Assembly: GCA_963707305.1 (NCBI GenBank)
Contig: CAVPPZ010000024.1
Coordinates: 12,457 to 76,456, forward strand
DNA length: 64,000 nucleotides
Direction of reading: 5' to 3'
DNA from: an uncultured Candidatus Rokubacteria bacterium
GTDB lineage: Bacteria; Methylomirabilota; Methylomirabilia; Rokubacteriales; CSP1-6
The stretch's first letter is position 1; each line of letters opens with the position of its first letter. The notes beneath the pieces were generated by a model. The model was not told where the DNA came from. It saw nothing but the letters and a program-made list of their open reading frames with translations, and searched no databases. The position numbers and the translations under genes are program-made. This document shows positions 24,294 to 34,700 of the stretch, piece by piece.

Positions 24294-25074
24294 CTAGAAC
24301 CCTCCGATCAGGCGGGCGAGCTGCTCGGGCTTTTCCATCTCCACGAAGTGGCCGGCGTCGTCGATCACCTCGAGCGTCGCGTTCCGGAGCGCCTTCACGT
24401 AGCGCTCGCCGCACTCGAGCGGCACGACGCGATCCTTGCGCCCCCACACGACGAGCGCCGGAGTGGCGACGCCGCCGAGCAGGTGCGGGAGGCTCGCGTT
24501 GTACATGTACGGCTTCCACGCGATGCGGAACGTCATCTCGCGGTTCAGATCCCACTGCTCGAGCGTCTTCGTCGGCGTCTCGGCGCCGATAGAGCCGCTC
24601 GAAGAGCGGTCTGATCGGCGAAGCCGCAGGCGCACGTAGTCGATGTAGGAGAGCAGCGCCTGGTCCGCGATCTCGCCGCGCTCGGGCTTGAGGCCCATCG
24701 CGCCGACGAGGACGAGCTTCGCGAACCCGCGCGGCGCCATGGTCGCCATCTCGGCGGCGATCCAGCCGCCGAACCCGAGGCCGACGAGCGTGACGTCGGT
24801 GAGGCCCCTTCTCCGCGATCAGCGCCTGGTAGACCACGGCGATGTCGCGCACGTTGCGCATCCAGGACGGGCCGCGCGGACTTGTCGTAGCCGGGATGCG
24901 AGGGCACCAGCACGCGTGTGCCGCTCGCGCGAGCGCGTCGTAGAAGGGCAGGCGCTCGAGGGTGCCGATGTCGTGGTGGAGGACGAGCACGGGCGTTCCG
25001 GATCCGGAACGCGCGACGTGCAGGGGGCCGCTGGCGAGCGGGACGGTCTCGGAGGTCCAGGTGATGTCAGCCAT
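24294..25074 (-). CDS. Alpha/beta-hydrolase fold protein lacking the nucleophile Ser (frameshifted)
   Basis: PSHPGY, LVGLGFGGWIAAEMA, PALVVWGRKD and AGHFVEMEKP. Confidence 0.75.
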
Positions 25075-25095
25075 GGCGCGAGTGTACCCGATCCT

Positions 25096-25173
25096 CGACA
25101 TGGGGGGCTCCGGGCGCCCCCAAGCCCCCCGCGCTGCGCGCGCGGGATGAACCCGCACGCTCCGCGATTGCCA
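25096..25173 (+). repeat. Structured repeat copy, left of the MNT-HEPN pair
   Basis: GACATGGGGGG...CCCCCAAGCCCCCCGCGCTGCGCG, hairpin GCGGG-ATGAA-CCCGC, then GCTCCGCGATTGCCA. Confidence 0.8.
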
Positions 25174-25222
25174 CGGCCAGCGCGGCGCCGAGCAGGCTCT
25201 TTCTCGACGGCGCCGAATTGTC

Positions 25223-25648
25223 TCAGCGCGGAACGAGGCGGCTCAGTACGTCGAGGAACACCCGAAGATCGTCAGGTCCTTCCCGTGCTGCGCGGTGGAT
25301 ACGCGCCATGTCCAATCGCTCGTAGGCGTGAGCCACGACGTTGCGGAAGCCGGCCGCTCGTTCGAGCCGTGCGGCGAGCGCGGGGTCGAGATGTCCGGCG
25401 TCCGCCAGGCGACGAAACGCGTTCGCGTATGTGCTCGGCGTGCCGAGCTTGAGGTGGAGGCACGCCGAGACCGCGAGGTCGATCACGATCTGGACGGCCT
25501 GCCACAGATGCAGGATGACGGCATCGGAGGCGTCCGTGGAGGGCGCGAAGTCGGTCACGTCTCGCGGAAGCCGTTCCCCGACACGTGTGAGGTGTCGCTG
25601 CACGGCGGCGACCCTTTCCGCGAGGACGTCCCTGTCGAGCGCACTCAG
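25223..25648 (-). CDS. HepT-like HEPN (DUF86) ribonuclease toxin
   Basis: FRNVVAHAY Rx4H motif and AVQIVIDLA; start overlaps the MNT stop (approximate). Confidence 0.85.
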   Translation of the reverse strand: MSALDRDVLAERVAAVQRHLTRVGERLPRDVTDFAPSTDASDAVILHLWQAVQIVIDLAVSACLHLKLGTPSTYANAFRRLADAGHLDPALAARLERAAGFRNVVAHAYERLDMARIHRAAREGPDDLRVFLDVLSRLVPR

Positions 25649-26043
25649 CGCGACAGCTCCGCCAGGACGTCCTCATACCCGGCTCGGATCACCGGTCCGG
25701 CGTCACACCAGAAGTCGACGGCCTCCCGCCAGAAACGCGCGAACGCGTCGGGGTGTGCCTCGAATACCACGCGGCCGTCGCGCGCGACGCGAAACCTCAC
25801 CAGGCCCCCGGCGCGTGCCAGATCGACGAGGTCGATGCGGTCGGAATCGAGAGCACGGACGAGGTCCAGCAGCAGCGCGTCGCGATCCAGTCGCTCGTCG
25901 GCGAGGTAGGCGACGTCCCAGTCCGAGACTGCCGTGGCGTCTCCGCGCGCACGCGATCCGAAGACGACGGCGAGCTGCAGGCCTGGATGGCGCCGGCACA
26001 CTTCCGAGATGACACGGAGCGCGGAGGCGTCATCTTGACGCAT
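25645..26043 (-). CDS. MntA-like minimal nucleotidyltransferase antitoxin
   Basis: FGSRARGD..SDWDVA and IDLVDL motifs; directly upstream of the HEPN gene. Confidence 0.85.
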   Translation of the reverse strand: MRQDDASALRVISEVCRRHPGLQLAVVFGSRARGDATAVSDWDVAYLADERLDRDALLLDLVRALDSDRIDLVDLARAGGLVRFRVARDGRVVFEAHPDAFARFWREAVDFWCDAGPVIRAGYEDVLAELSR

Positions 26044-26070
26044 GACACCATCGTAGCAGAGCACTGTCGA

Positions 26071-26152
26071 TGGCAGCCGCGGAGCGGCACGGCTTCGCCG
26101 GGCCGCGCAGCGCGGGGGGCTTGGGGGGGCGTCGCGCCACCCCCCGATGTCA
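26071..26152 (-). repeat. Structured repeat copy, right of the MNT-HEPN pair (inverted relative to the left copy)
   Basis: Minus strand TGACATCGGGGGG...CCCCCCAAGCCCCCCGCGCTGCGCGGCCCGGCGAAGCCGTGCCGCTCCGCGGCTGCCA. Confidence 0.8.
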
Positions 26153-27145
26153 ACGAGGCGCGCAGGCGCGGAGGGCGGCGACGACGCGCGCTTTCGGGTC
26201 CGCGCCGCCGCCGCGCGGAGTGACGATCGGCAGCGCGATGCCGGAGGCGCGGTAGCGCTCGATCTTCGCGCGGCACTCGGCCGGCGTGCCCGCGAGCGCG
26301 ACGGCGTCGATCAGCGCGTCGGGGACGAGCCGCGCGGCGCTATCGCGGTCGCCGCGGTCCCAGGCCGCCTTGATCGTCGCGACGGCATCGGCGAAGCCCG
26401 CCTCGGCGAGCAGGCGGTTGTAGCGCGGGAAGAAGCCGACGTAGAACGCGATGCCCGGGCGGAGGCGCTCGCGCGCCTCGTCGCCGCTGTCCGCGACCTG
26501 GCACGGGAGCAGCGAGGCGATCTCGACGTCTTCCGGCTTACGGCCCGCGCGCCGCGCGCCGATCGCGACGTTCTCCCTCGCCCGTCGTCCGGACTCCAGC
26601 GTGGGGTAGGTGAGGAGAATGCCCTGCGCGAGCGCGCCCGCGATCTGCAGCATGGTCGGGAACAGCGCCGCGAGATAGATCGGCATCTCGGTCCGTAGCG
26701 GCCGGAACCAGAGCTCGAAGCGCTCGATGCTGATGACCTCGCCTTTGTAGGCGACGACGCCGTCGCGCAGCAGCGCGCGCACGATGGCGACGGTGTCGCG
26801 CAGACGGGGAATCGCCTGGCCGAAGGGGATGCCGTGCTCGCCTTCGACCTGCACCTTGTGGCTCGAGCCGAGCCCGAGGATCAGCCGTCCGCCCGACAGG
26901 TGATCGACGGTCGCCGCGGCCATCGCGATCGTGGGCGCGCTGCGGACGAACACGCTGGAGATGGCGGTGCCGAGCTTGATGCGCGTGGTCGCGACCGCGC
27001 AGGCGCCGAGGATCGCGAACTGATCGCCGGCGTGGCCTTCGGTCATCCAGGCGGACTCGTAACCGAGCTCTTCGGCGAGCCGTACGCAGTCGACGATCTC
27101 GCCCGGGGTGAGGCCGCTGCTGCTGAAGCCGACGCCGGTGCGCAT
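26150..27145 (-). CDS. LLM-family oxidoreductase (Mer/F420-type-like)
   Basis: AEELGYESAWMTE, TTRIKLGTAI, LSGGRLILGLG and PIYLAA motifs. Confidence 0.85.
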   Translation of the reverse strand: MRTGVGFSSSGLTPGEIVDCVRLAEELGYESAWMTEGHAGDQFAILGACAVATTRIKLGTAISSVFVRSAPTIAMAAATVDHLSGGRLILGLGSSHKVQVEGEHGIPFGQAIPRLRDTVAIVRALLRDGVVAYKGEVISIERFELWFRPLRTEMPIYLAALFPTMLQIAGALAQGILLTYPTLESGRRARENVAIGARRAGRKPEDVEIASLLPCQVADSGDEARERLRPGIAFYVGFFPRYNRLLAEAGFADAVATIKAAWDRGDRDSAARLVPDALIDAVALAGTPAECRAKIERYRASGIALPIVTPRGGGADPKARVVAALRACAPR

Positions 27146-27181
27146 GACGGGCAAGTGTAAGATGCGCGCGCGTCTCAGGAA

Positions 27182-28366
27182 ATGGTGATCTCGCGCCGTC
27201 GCTTCCTCGCCGGCCTCGGGCCCGGACTCGCGTCACTCCGGCCGGCGCCGGCGTGCGCGGCACCGGCGGCGGAGCTCATTCGCGAGGCGATCGCGAGCGG
27301 CGAGATTCCGGGCGCCGTCCTCCACGTCCGCGCGCGCGGCCGCGTGGTGCACGAGGAAGCGTTCGGGCAGAAGCGCATCGAGGACGGCGTGGCGCTCGCG
27401 CCTGGCGACATCTTCCCCGTCGCCTCCCTGACGAAGCCCGTCGTCGCGGCCGCGATCCTCCATCTCGCGGACGCCGGAAAGCTGCGCGTCGACGATCCCG
27501 TGGCGACCTATCTCCCCGAGTTCGCGCGGCCGCGCGTCCTGCTGCGCTACGACGCGACGACCGGCGAGATGTCGACGCGCCCGGCGAAGCGCGCGATGAC
27601 CCTGCGCCATCTGCTCACGCACACCGCCGGCGTCCATCACGGGCACGTCGAGATCGATCCCGTCCTCGGCGCGATCTACGAGAAGGCCGGGGTCGTGCAC
27701 GACTCGCGACTGCTGCTGGCCGACAAGATGCGGAAGCTCGGACCGCTGCCGCTCGCGCACGACCCCGGCGCGCAGTGGACGTACGGCCTCAGCTCGGATG
27801 TGCTCGGCCGCGTCGTGGAAGTCGTGGCGGGCGTGCCGATGGATCGGTACGTGACGCGCGCGGTTCTCGAGCCGCTTGGCATGCGGCGCACGTACTTCGT
27901 CGTGCCCGAGGCGGAGCGGCCGCACGTGGTCGCACGCTACAGCTGGCGCGCCGGCACTCTGCGCGAGATGCCGACGGATCCGTTCCAGAGCGAGACGCGC
28001 TATCTCAGTGGCGGCGGCGGTCTCCTGACGACCGTCGGCGACTACGCGCGATTTGCGCAGGCGCTGCTCGACGGCGGGGCGCCGATCCTGTCACGCGCGA
28101 GCGTGCGCGCGATGACGCGCAACCAGCTCGGCACGCTGACCGCGTTCGGTTTTCGCTGGGGGTTCAGCCTCGCCGTCTCGACGCCGAACGCGCCAGGCCG
28201 ATCCCCGCTTCCCGTCGGCGGCTTCGGCTGGTACGGGATCTTCGGCACCTGGTTCTGGGCGATGCCGCGAGAGCAGATGGCGGTTCTGCTCTTTGCGAAC
28301 GTGCTGCGCGAGGACATGACGCTGCCGCTGTTCTCGCGCGTGGTGCGCTCCGCGACCGGCGTGTGA
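27182..28366 (+). CDS. Serine hydrolase (class C beta-lactamase family) with Tat signal
   Basis: SRRRFL Tat motif, SLTK, LLTHTAG and PGAQWTYG. Confidence 0.88.
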   Translation: MVISRRRFLAGLGPGLASLRPAPACAAPAAELIREAIASGEIPGAVLHVRARGRVVHEEAFGQKRIEDGVALAPGDIFPVASLTKPVVAAAILHLADAGKLRVDDPVATYLPEFARPRVLLRYDATTGEMSTRPAKRAMTLRHLLTHTAGVHHGHVEIDPVLGAIYEKAGVVHDSRLLLADKMRKLGPLPLAHDPGAQWTYGLSSDVLGRVVEVVAGVPMDRYVTRAVLEPLGMRRTYFVVPEAERPHVVARYSWRAGTLREMPTDPFQSETRYLSGGGGLLTTVGDYARFAQALLDGGAPILSRASVRAMTRNQLGTLTAFGFRWGFSLAVSTPNAPGRSPLPVGGFGWYGIFGTWFWAMPREQMAVLLFANVLREDMTLPLFSRVVRSATGV

Positions 28367-28376
28367 GGCCGCCGGC

Positions 28377-28697
28377 TCAGCCGGCGTGCCGGGCCAGGAC
28401 GCTCTGCAGCGTCGTCCTGGGCACCGCGCCGACCACCCGGTCGACCACCGTCCCGTTCTTGACGATCAGGATCGTGGGGATGGACCGGATCTCGTAGCGT
28501 GCCGCGAGCGCGGAGTTCTCGTCGACGTTCACTTTCATCAACGTCACGCGACCCCCGGACGCCGCCGCGATCTCCTCGAGCACCGGCGCGATCATGCGGC
28601 ACGGCCCGCACCACTCGGCCCAGAAATCGACCATCACGAGGCCCTGACTGGCCAGGAGGGCCTCGTCGAACGTCTGCTCGGTCAGCGGCATGGTCAT
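28377..28697 (-). CDS. trxA: Thioredoxin
   Basis: DFWAEWCGPC and IRSIPT. Confidence 0.95.
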   Translation of the reverse strand: MTMPLTEQTFDEALLASQGLVMVDFWAEWCGPCRMIAPVLEEIAAASGGRVTLMKVNVDENSALAARYEIRSIPTILIVKNGTVVDRVVGAVPRTTLQSVLARHAG

Positions 28698-28754
28698 CGC
28701 ACTGCGCCTCCTGCCTCCTACGACGCAGGCGCGGGCCGAACGGATTCCGCGCCC

Positions 28755-31700
28755 TCAGCGCTCGCAGTTCTTCGCGTCGGCGCCCTCGTCGCGGCACTCG
28801 TCCTGGCCCGGGCCGCCGTCGATCCGATCGTCGTCCGGCCCGCCCTCGATCACGTCGTCGCCCGCCTGGCCCTTGAGGAAGTCGCGGCCAGGGCCCCCCT
28901 GCATGACGTCGTTCCCCGGGCCTCCTTCGACCGTGTCGTTTCCGTCACCGCCGAGCACGTAGTCGTTGCCACCGTGGGTCTTGATGATGTCGTTCCCGGG
29001 CCCGCCGTCGATCATGTCGTGGCCCGAGCCGCCATCGATGACGTCGTCGCCGTCCCCGCCGCAGATCACGTCGTTGCCACCGTTGCCGGCGATCCGATCG
29101 TTGCCCGGGGTGCCGACGATCACGTCGTCGCCGGGCGTGCCGCGGAGCTGGCCACGGAACCGCTTGCCGTTGTCGGGACCACCGACGATCACGCCGTCGC
29201 GCACGAAGATCGTGGCCGGCCGCTCGAAACAGATCGGGAGACCGGGAGCCCGCACGACCGCGAGCACGTTGTCGAAGTCCACCGACGCGCCGTCGAACAC
29301 GGCCAGCTCGAGGACGTACGAGCCGACGACATCGGGGGTGAACCTGGACTGCGCCTGCTCGGCGTCCGCGATCTGGCCGTTGCTCAGACCGCTGCCCGCG
29401 GGGAGCGACACGAACCGCCAGCGGTACGTCAACGGCGCCGGCGCTCCGTCCGGATCCGCGCTCGCCGAGCCATCGAGGGTCACCGCCGCACCGGCGACGG
29501 CTTCGACGTTCGGGCCGGCATTGGCGTTGGGCGTGACGTTCCCCGCCTGCGCCGTCACGATCACCTCGTCGTCGGAGAAGGCCGCGCCGTCGCCCACGCG
29601 CAGCGCGATCCGGTAATCGCCCGCGACGTCGGGGATGAAGCTGGGCTGCGCCTGGTCGGCGCCGGTCAGGCTCCCGCTCGTGATCTGGCTTCCCGCGGGC
29701 ACCCCCACGACGGTCCACGCGAAGGTCAGCGCGGCGGGACCGGCGTCCGGATCCACGCTGGCGCGCCCGTCGAGCGTGGCGGAGACGTTGACGGCCACGT
29801 TACGGCCCGGGCCGGCATGCGCGATGGGCGGAATGTTGGTCGCGAACGCGCGCACCGTCACCAGGCTCGGGTCGCTCGACGCCGCCTGGTCGCGGACCAC
29901 GAGCTTCAGTACGTAGGCGCCTGACACGTCGGGCACGAACGACGGATCCGGGCTCGTGCGTCCGGTGATCGCCGCGGTCGTCAGAGCGCTGCCGGAGGGC
30001 ACGCTCTCGAACGACCACTCGTAGGTGATCAGGTCGCTGTCGCGATCGAAGGAATCGCTGCCGTCGAGCGTGGCCGGCGTCCCCGTCGCCACGTTCCGGT
30101 CGTGCCCGGCGACGGCCACCGGCGTCGTGTTCACCACCTGGATCAGCACTTCGTCGGTGACTGACGCCACTCCGTCGCTCACCGTCAGCCGAAGCACGTA
30201 GTCGCCGCGGACATCCGGCTCGAACGACGGTTGGGCCGTGGCCGCCCCGTTGATCTCGGCATCGTTCAGCGCGCTACCGGAAGGTATCGACACGAACGTC
30301 CACGCGAAGGTCAGTGGCTGCGGCGCTCCGTCCGGATCCTGGCTGCTCGAGCCGTCGAGCGCGACCACGGTCCCGAACGGAACCTCCTGGTCGGGACCGG
30401 CATCGGCGATGGGCGGCGTGTTCGACGACTGGCTCTGCAACGTCGCCGTCGCCTCGGCGGTCACGCTCTGGTTGGTCAGTGACTGGATGCGGACCGTCAC
30501 CGTTCCCTGCGCGGGGGCTTGAAGCGTCGCGTTCAGCACGAGCGCCGCTCCCCCGAGACCCGGAATGCGGAAGAGCGGAATGCGCTGGGTCGCGACGCCG
30601 TCGAGATCCGCGAGGGTTGCCGCGATGGGGCCGGACGTGCCGACGATGGTCGCCTGGTAGCTGTCTTCCGTGTTTCCGGTGCTCTTCACCTGCAGGAGGA
30701 ATGCGGCGCCACCCGGCACGGGGAGGATGACGACCGCAGGAGCGAAGCTGGCCGCAACACCAGCCGTTTCGGCGATGGTGACCTGCACGGTCGCACTCGC
30801 CTTGACCGCGGTGTTCGTGCGGGCCGTCGCCGCGCCCGTGAGGTCGAGCGAGCCCGGTGTCGCGAAGCCGATCGATCCCACGTTCACCGCAACGATCTGC
30901 GACGCGCCTGAGGCCAGCGTCACGCTGTTCGCGCCGAGCGTCGATGCCACCGCCGCGGGCCCGCCGACGCTCAGATCGAACGTCTGCGCCACCGCGCCGG
31001 TGTTTGTCACCGTCATCTGGAATGCAGAACCGGGCGGACCGGCTGGCGGATCGAGCGCGATGGTCACTCCGAGTGCCGCCACGCTCACGATGCCCGACGC
31101 CTCGGCGAAGACCGCCGGGTCCGTGATGGAGGTGGCGCTGGCCGAGATGCCCACGTCTCCCACGGCCGTGCCGGGCGGAGGCACCACCGCGATCTGGACC
31201 TCGCTGAAGTTGCCGACGCCGGGGGGCACGGTGACGGAGATCGGCGTGGCGCTGGTCGTGAATCCGTTCGGCGCCGCCACGCTGATCGCATACGTGTCTT
31301 CGAGGCTGCCCACGTTCGTCACCCGGAGTGTGAAGGTCGCGGGTGTTCCCTGTCCCGCGGTCGCCTGCCCGGGCGTGAGGCTCACCACCACGCCACGCAC
31401 GTCTCCATCCGGCACCACGGGCTCGCCGGCGAGCACGACACTTCCGAGCACCGAGGCCTCGATGCCGAGCGCGTGCGCGTTCACCGCGAAGCCGTACTCG
31501 CCGAGCGCGGCGAGCGGCTCCGTGCGCAGCGTCAGCGAAAGCTGCTGGGTGCTCCCCGCCGGCACCGTGACGTGACTCAGGATCGTCACGAGCTCCGGGG
31601 CCACGCCCTCGACCGTGAGGTCGTACTCGACGGTGGACGTCGACGGATTCTTCACGAGGACCGTATAGCTCGCGACCTCGCCCGGACGGACCGTACGCGT

Positions 31701-34700
31701 CGCCGGAGCGAGCGCGAGCACCTGCTCGGCCAGGACGGGGAGCGGGGCCAGCGGAATCCGTCCCTCGGTTCCGGCGCTTTCGAAGTCGACGGTCGTGTCG
31801 AGCGTCACGTCGCGGGTCTCGCCCGGCTGCAGGTTCGCGACCAGCTCCTGCCAGGTAAAGGCGAGACTGGTGGCGCCCGCGACCAGCGCACGCCGCCACA
31901 CCAGGGTGTCGAACTGCGCGCCGGCCACGATCTCGTCGGGCTCGTCGCTGAAGGAGTTCGGCACGATGGTGACGCCCGTGTTCTTCGGGATCTGCACCTG
32001 CGCGGTCACGGGGATGACGCCGACGGCGCCCAGGCGGAAGATGGAGAAGCCGGCCGCGCTCGTCCCATAGACGATGTCGCCATCGACGGCCGCGATGACC
32101 GTCTCGATGGGCAGATCCGCCTGGCTCACGATCGGGTTCTGGGGATCGCGCACATCGATGAGCAGCACCTGGGGCGGGTCCCCGATGGCCCCCAGGCTCG
32201 ACGCGATGAACAGCCCGTTGCCGACGCGCTCCATGCGGTTCAGGCCCCGCGCTCGCCGGTTCAGCTCCCGCGTGGTGATCAGCGCCGGCTGGCGTGGCGA
32301 TTCGTGAGATCGAGCGTGGCGACGATGATGTTGCCGGTCATCCCGAGGTCCTGCTGGAAGTCGCCCCAGCCGCCCGTGGATCCCAGCGCGACGCCCACCG
32401 TCCCGTCCTTCGCCAGCGACATCAGATGCACGGTGCCGGAATCTGCAGCTCCCCCGCCGCGACGATCGACATCTGGGCGGGGTTGGCGATGTCGATCACC
32501 CGGATGCGTCCCACGCCCACGTGCGCGTCGGTGCCTTGCACGGTCGTCGAGCCCATCAGCAGGGTGGTCGGATCGGCGAGCACGGATTGCCAGTTGTTGT
32601 TGGGGCCTCCGCGGGCGAGACACCCGAACAGATTGCGGATTGGCCCATCGAAGATCACGCCGGCAAACGCCGGCGCCGCGGGGTTGGTGATGTCGAACGC
32701 CGCGAGGTCACCGTGGTGCTCGAACACGTCGTGGTTGGCGAGGAAGAAGCAGAAGCCCTGCGTCGGCGTGAGCACGGTGGACCCGGCCAGCACGAGGTCG
32801 ACCGCGAAGAAGAAGTCCGCCGTGGCGGGCGTGGCGCTGAGGAGCTGGGGCGCGGTGGGATTCGCGATGGAGTACACCCGGAGCTGCAGGGTGATGTTGC
32901 CGTTCACCTGGGTGCGGACGATGAGCAGATCGCCGGACACCTTGCACGCGGTCAAGCCGCTGCTGACGATCTCGCCGGCGCCGAAGCTGCCCTGGACGAC
33001 GGGGTTCTCGGGATCGCTCACGTCGACGATCTGGATACCGTTGGGTCCGCAGAAATAGCCGATGGTGCCCTTGAGCGCCACGGTGTGGGCGGAGCCCGCC
33101 ACCTGCGCGATCTGCGCGAACTGGGTGGACAGCGGCACCTGGCTGTCGATCTTCAGCGTCGTGCTGACCGTGCGCGTCCCGGCGGGACGATCTCGGGATT
33201 GACGGTGATGCTGGCCGTCACCGGCGTCCCGACCATGAAGCTGCCGGTGCCCGTGGCGCCGGGAATCGCGGCGCCGCCGGCGTTCTTCACGGTCACGTCG
33301 ACCGTGTAGGTCCCGTTCGCGAATCCCGTCGTGTTCAGCGTGCCCAGATTGACGGTGACGAGCGACGCGAGCACGCCCAGCTCGAATTGCGACGACGAGG
33401 CCTGATGGACGACGTGCCGTTCGCGTCTTTCACCACGAAGTCGATCACGGCCTGGCGGACCTGGTTGACGGCGTTCAGGAGACGCGCGGACAGCGTGTGC
33501 GTCGTGCCCGCCGGCGCGAACGGAGGCGTCGCGGTCACGTTGACGACGGAGACGAGCTCGGTGCGTGCGGTGAGCGCGCCGCTGACGGTCGCGCTGAGCT
33601 CGGGCGCGGGCGTGGGTGTGATCCGCACGTTGAACCCGACGGGCACGAGCGCGTCGTGGAGGTCTGGGTGAGCGTGACGCCGAGATTCGCGGACGCTTCA
33701 CCCGGCGTGAGCGTCACCGAGGGCGCGCTGAGCTGGCTCGTGACGCTGGCCGGCAGGCCCTCGACGCTGAGCTGGTAGGTCGTCGTCTCGCTCCCGAGAT
33801 TCTGGACGGAGAGCTGGAAGCTCACCGGGACCTGCGGCGAGGCGACGTGACTATTCGGCTCGAGGCGCGCGGCGAAGCGATGCCGGCCCGACGACGCAGC
33901 CACGTTCCCCACTTCGTTCAGCACACCGTCGAGCGGGGCGAGATCGCCCGCCAGGGACTGCGGCGTCCCATTCGCGACCGCGGCGCGGACGTTCTGGAGC
34001 TGGATGACGAGCGTGGCAAAGGCGGGGTCCGTGAGCCGCGCGATGAGCTGATCGATCTCGGAGAGCACGCGCGCGCGGAGCACGGCGTCGCCCGGCGCGT
34101 TGAAGAGATCGGTGATGGCGAGCCCGAGGTCTTGCAGGGCGTCGGCGATCGCGCCCTGGCCGGCGCTGCGCGCGGCGAGGACGCGTCGATGGCCGACTGC
34201 GCGCTCGGCACGACGACCTGCACCGCGATCTGCACCGTCTCGGTGAAGGGCAACGGTCCGAACGAGGCGGTGATGTCGGCCGTCAGCAGAGAGTTGAGCG
34301 GCACCGTTCCGTCGGGGTCAACGTGAGCGACTGCTCGACGGACTGACCCGGATTCAGCGCCACGGAAGACGTGAGGCCTTGCAGCGCGAGACCACTCGGC
34401 GTGCTGCCGCCAGGGCGATCTGCTCCGCGACGTTCCCGACGGCGGTGAGCGAGAGCGTGGATGACACCGGCGTGCCCGGCGGCGAGCCGAACGAGTCCGG
34501 CGTGACGGAGACGAGGACGCCGTGCACCTCCGGCAGGATGAACGACTCGGTGTCGCTCGCGGTGACGGCCGCGTTGGTCGTGCTCGTGATCTGCACGCTG
34601 AATGCGGCGGGCGTGCCGGGAGGTGGGAGCTGGCCGACTGGCTGGAGATAGACGCCGACCTCCGCCGTCTCCCCGGCGGGAATCTGGATCTGGGTGTCAC

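Noticed and set aside
28790-29150. 27-bp periodic DNA repeats
   Set aside because: Explained by coding GGxGxD nonapeptide repeats, not an independent DNA element.
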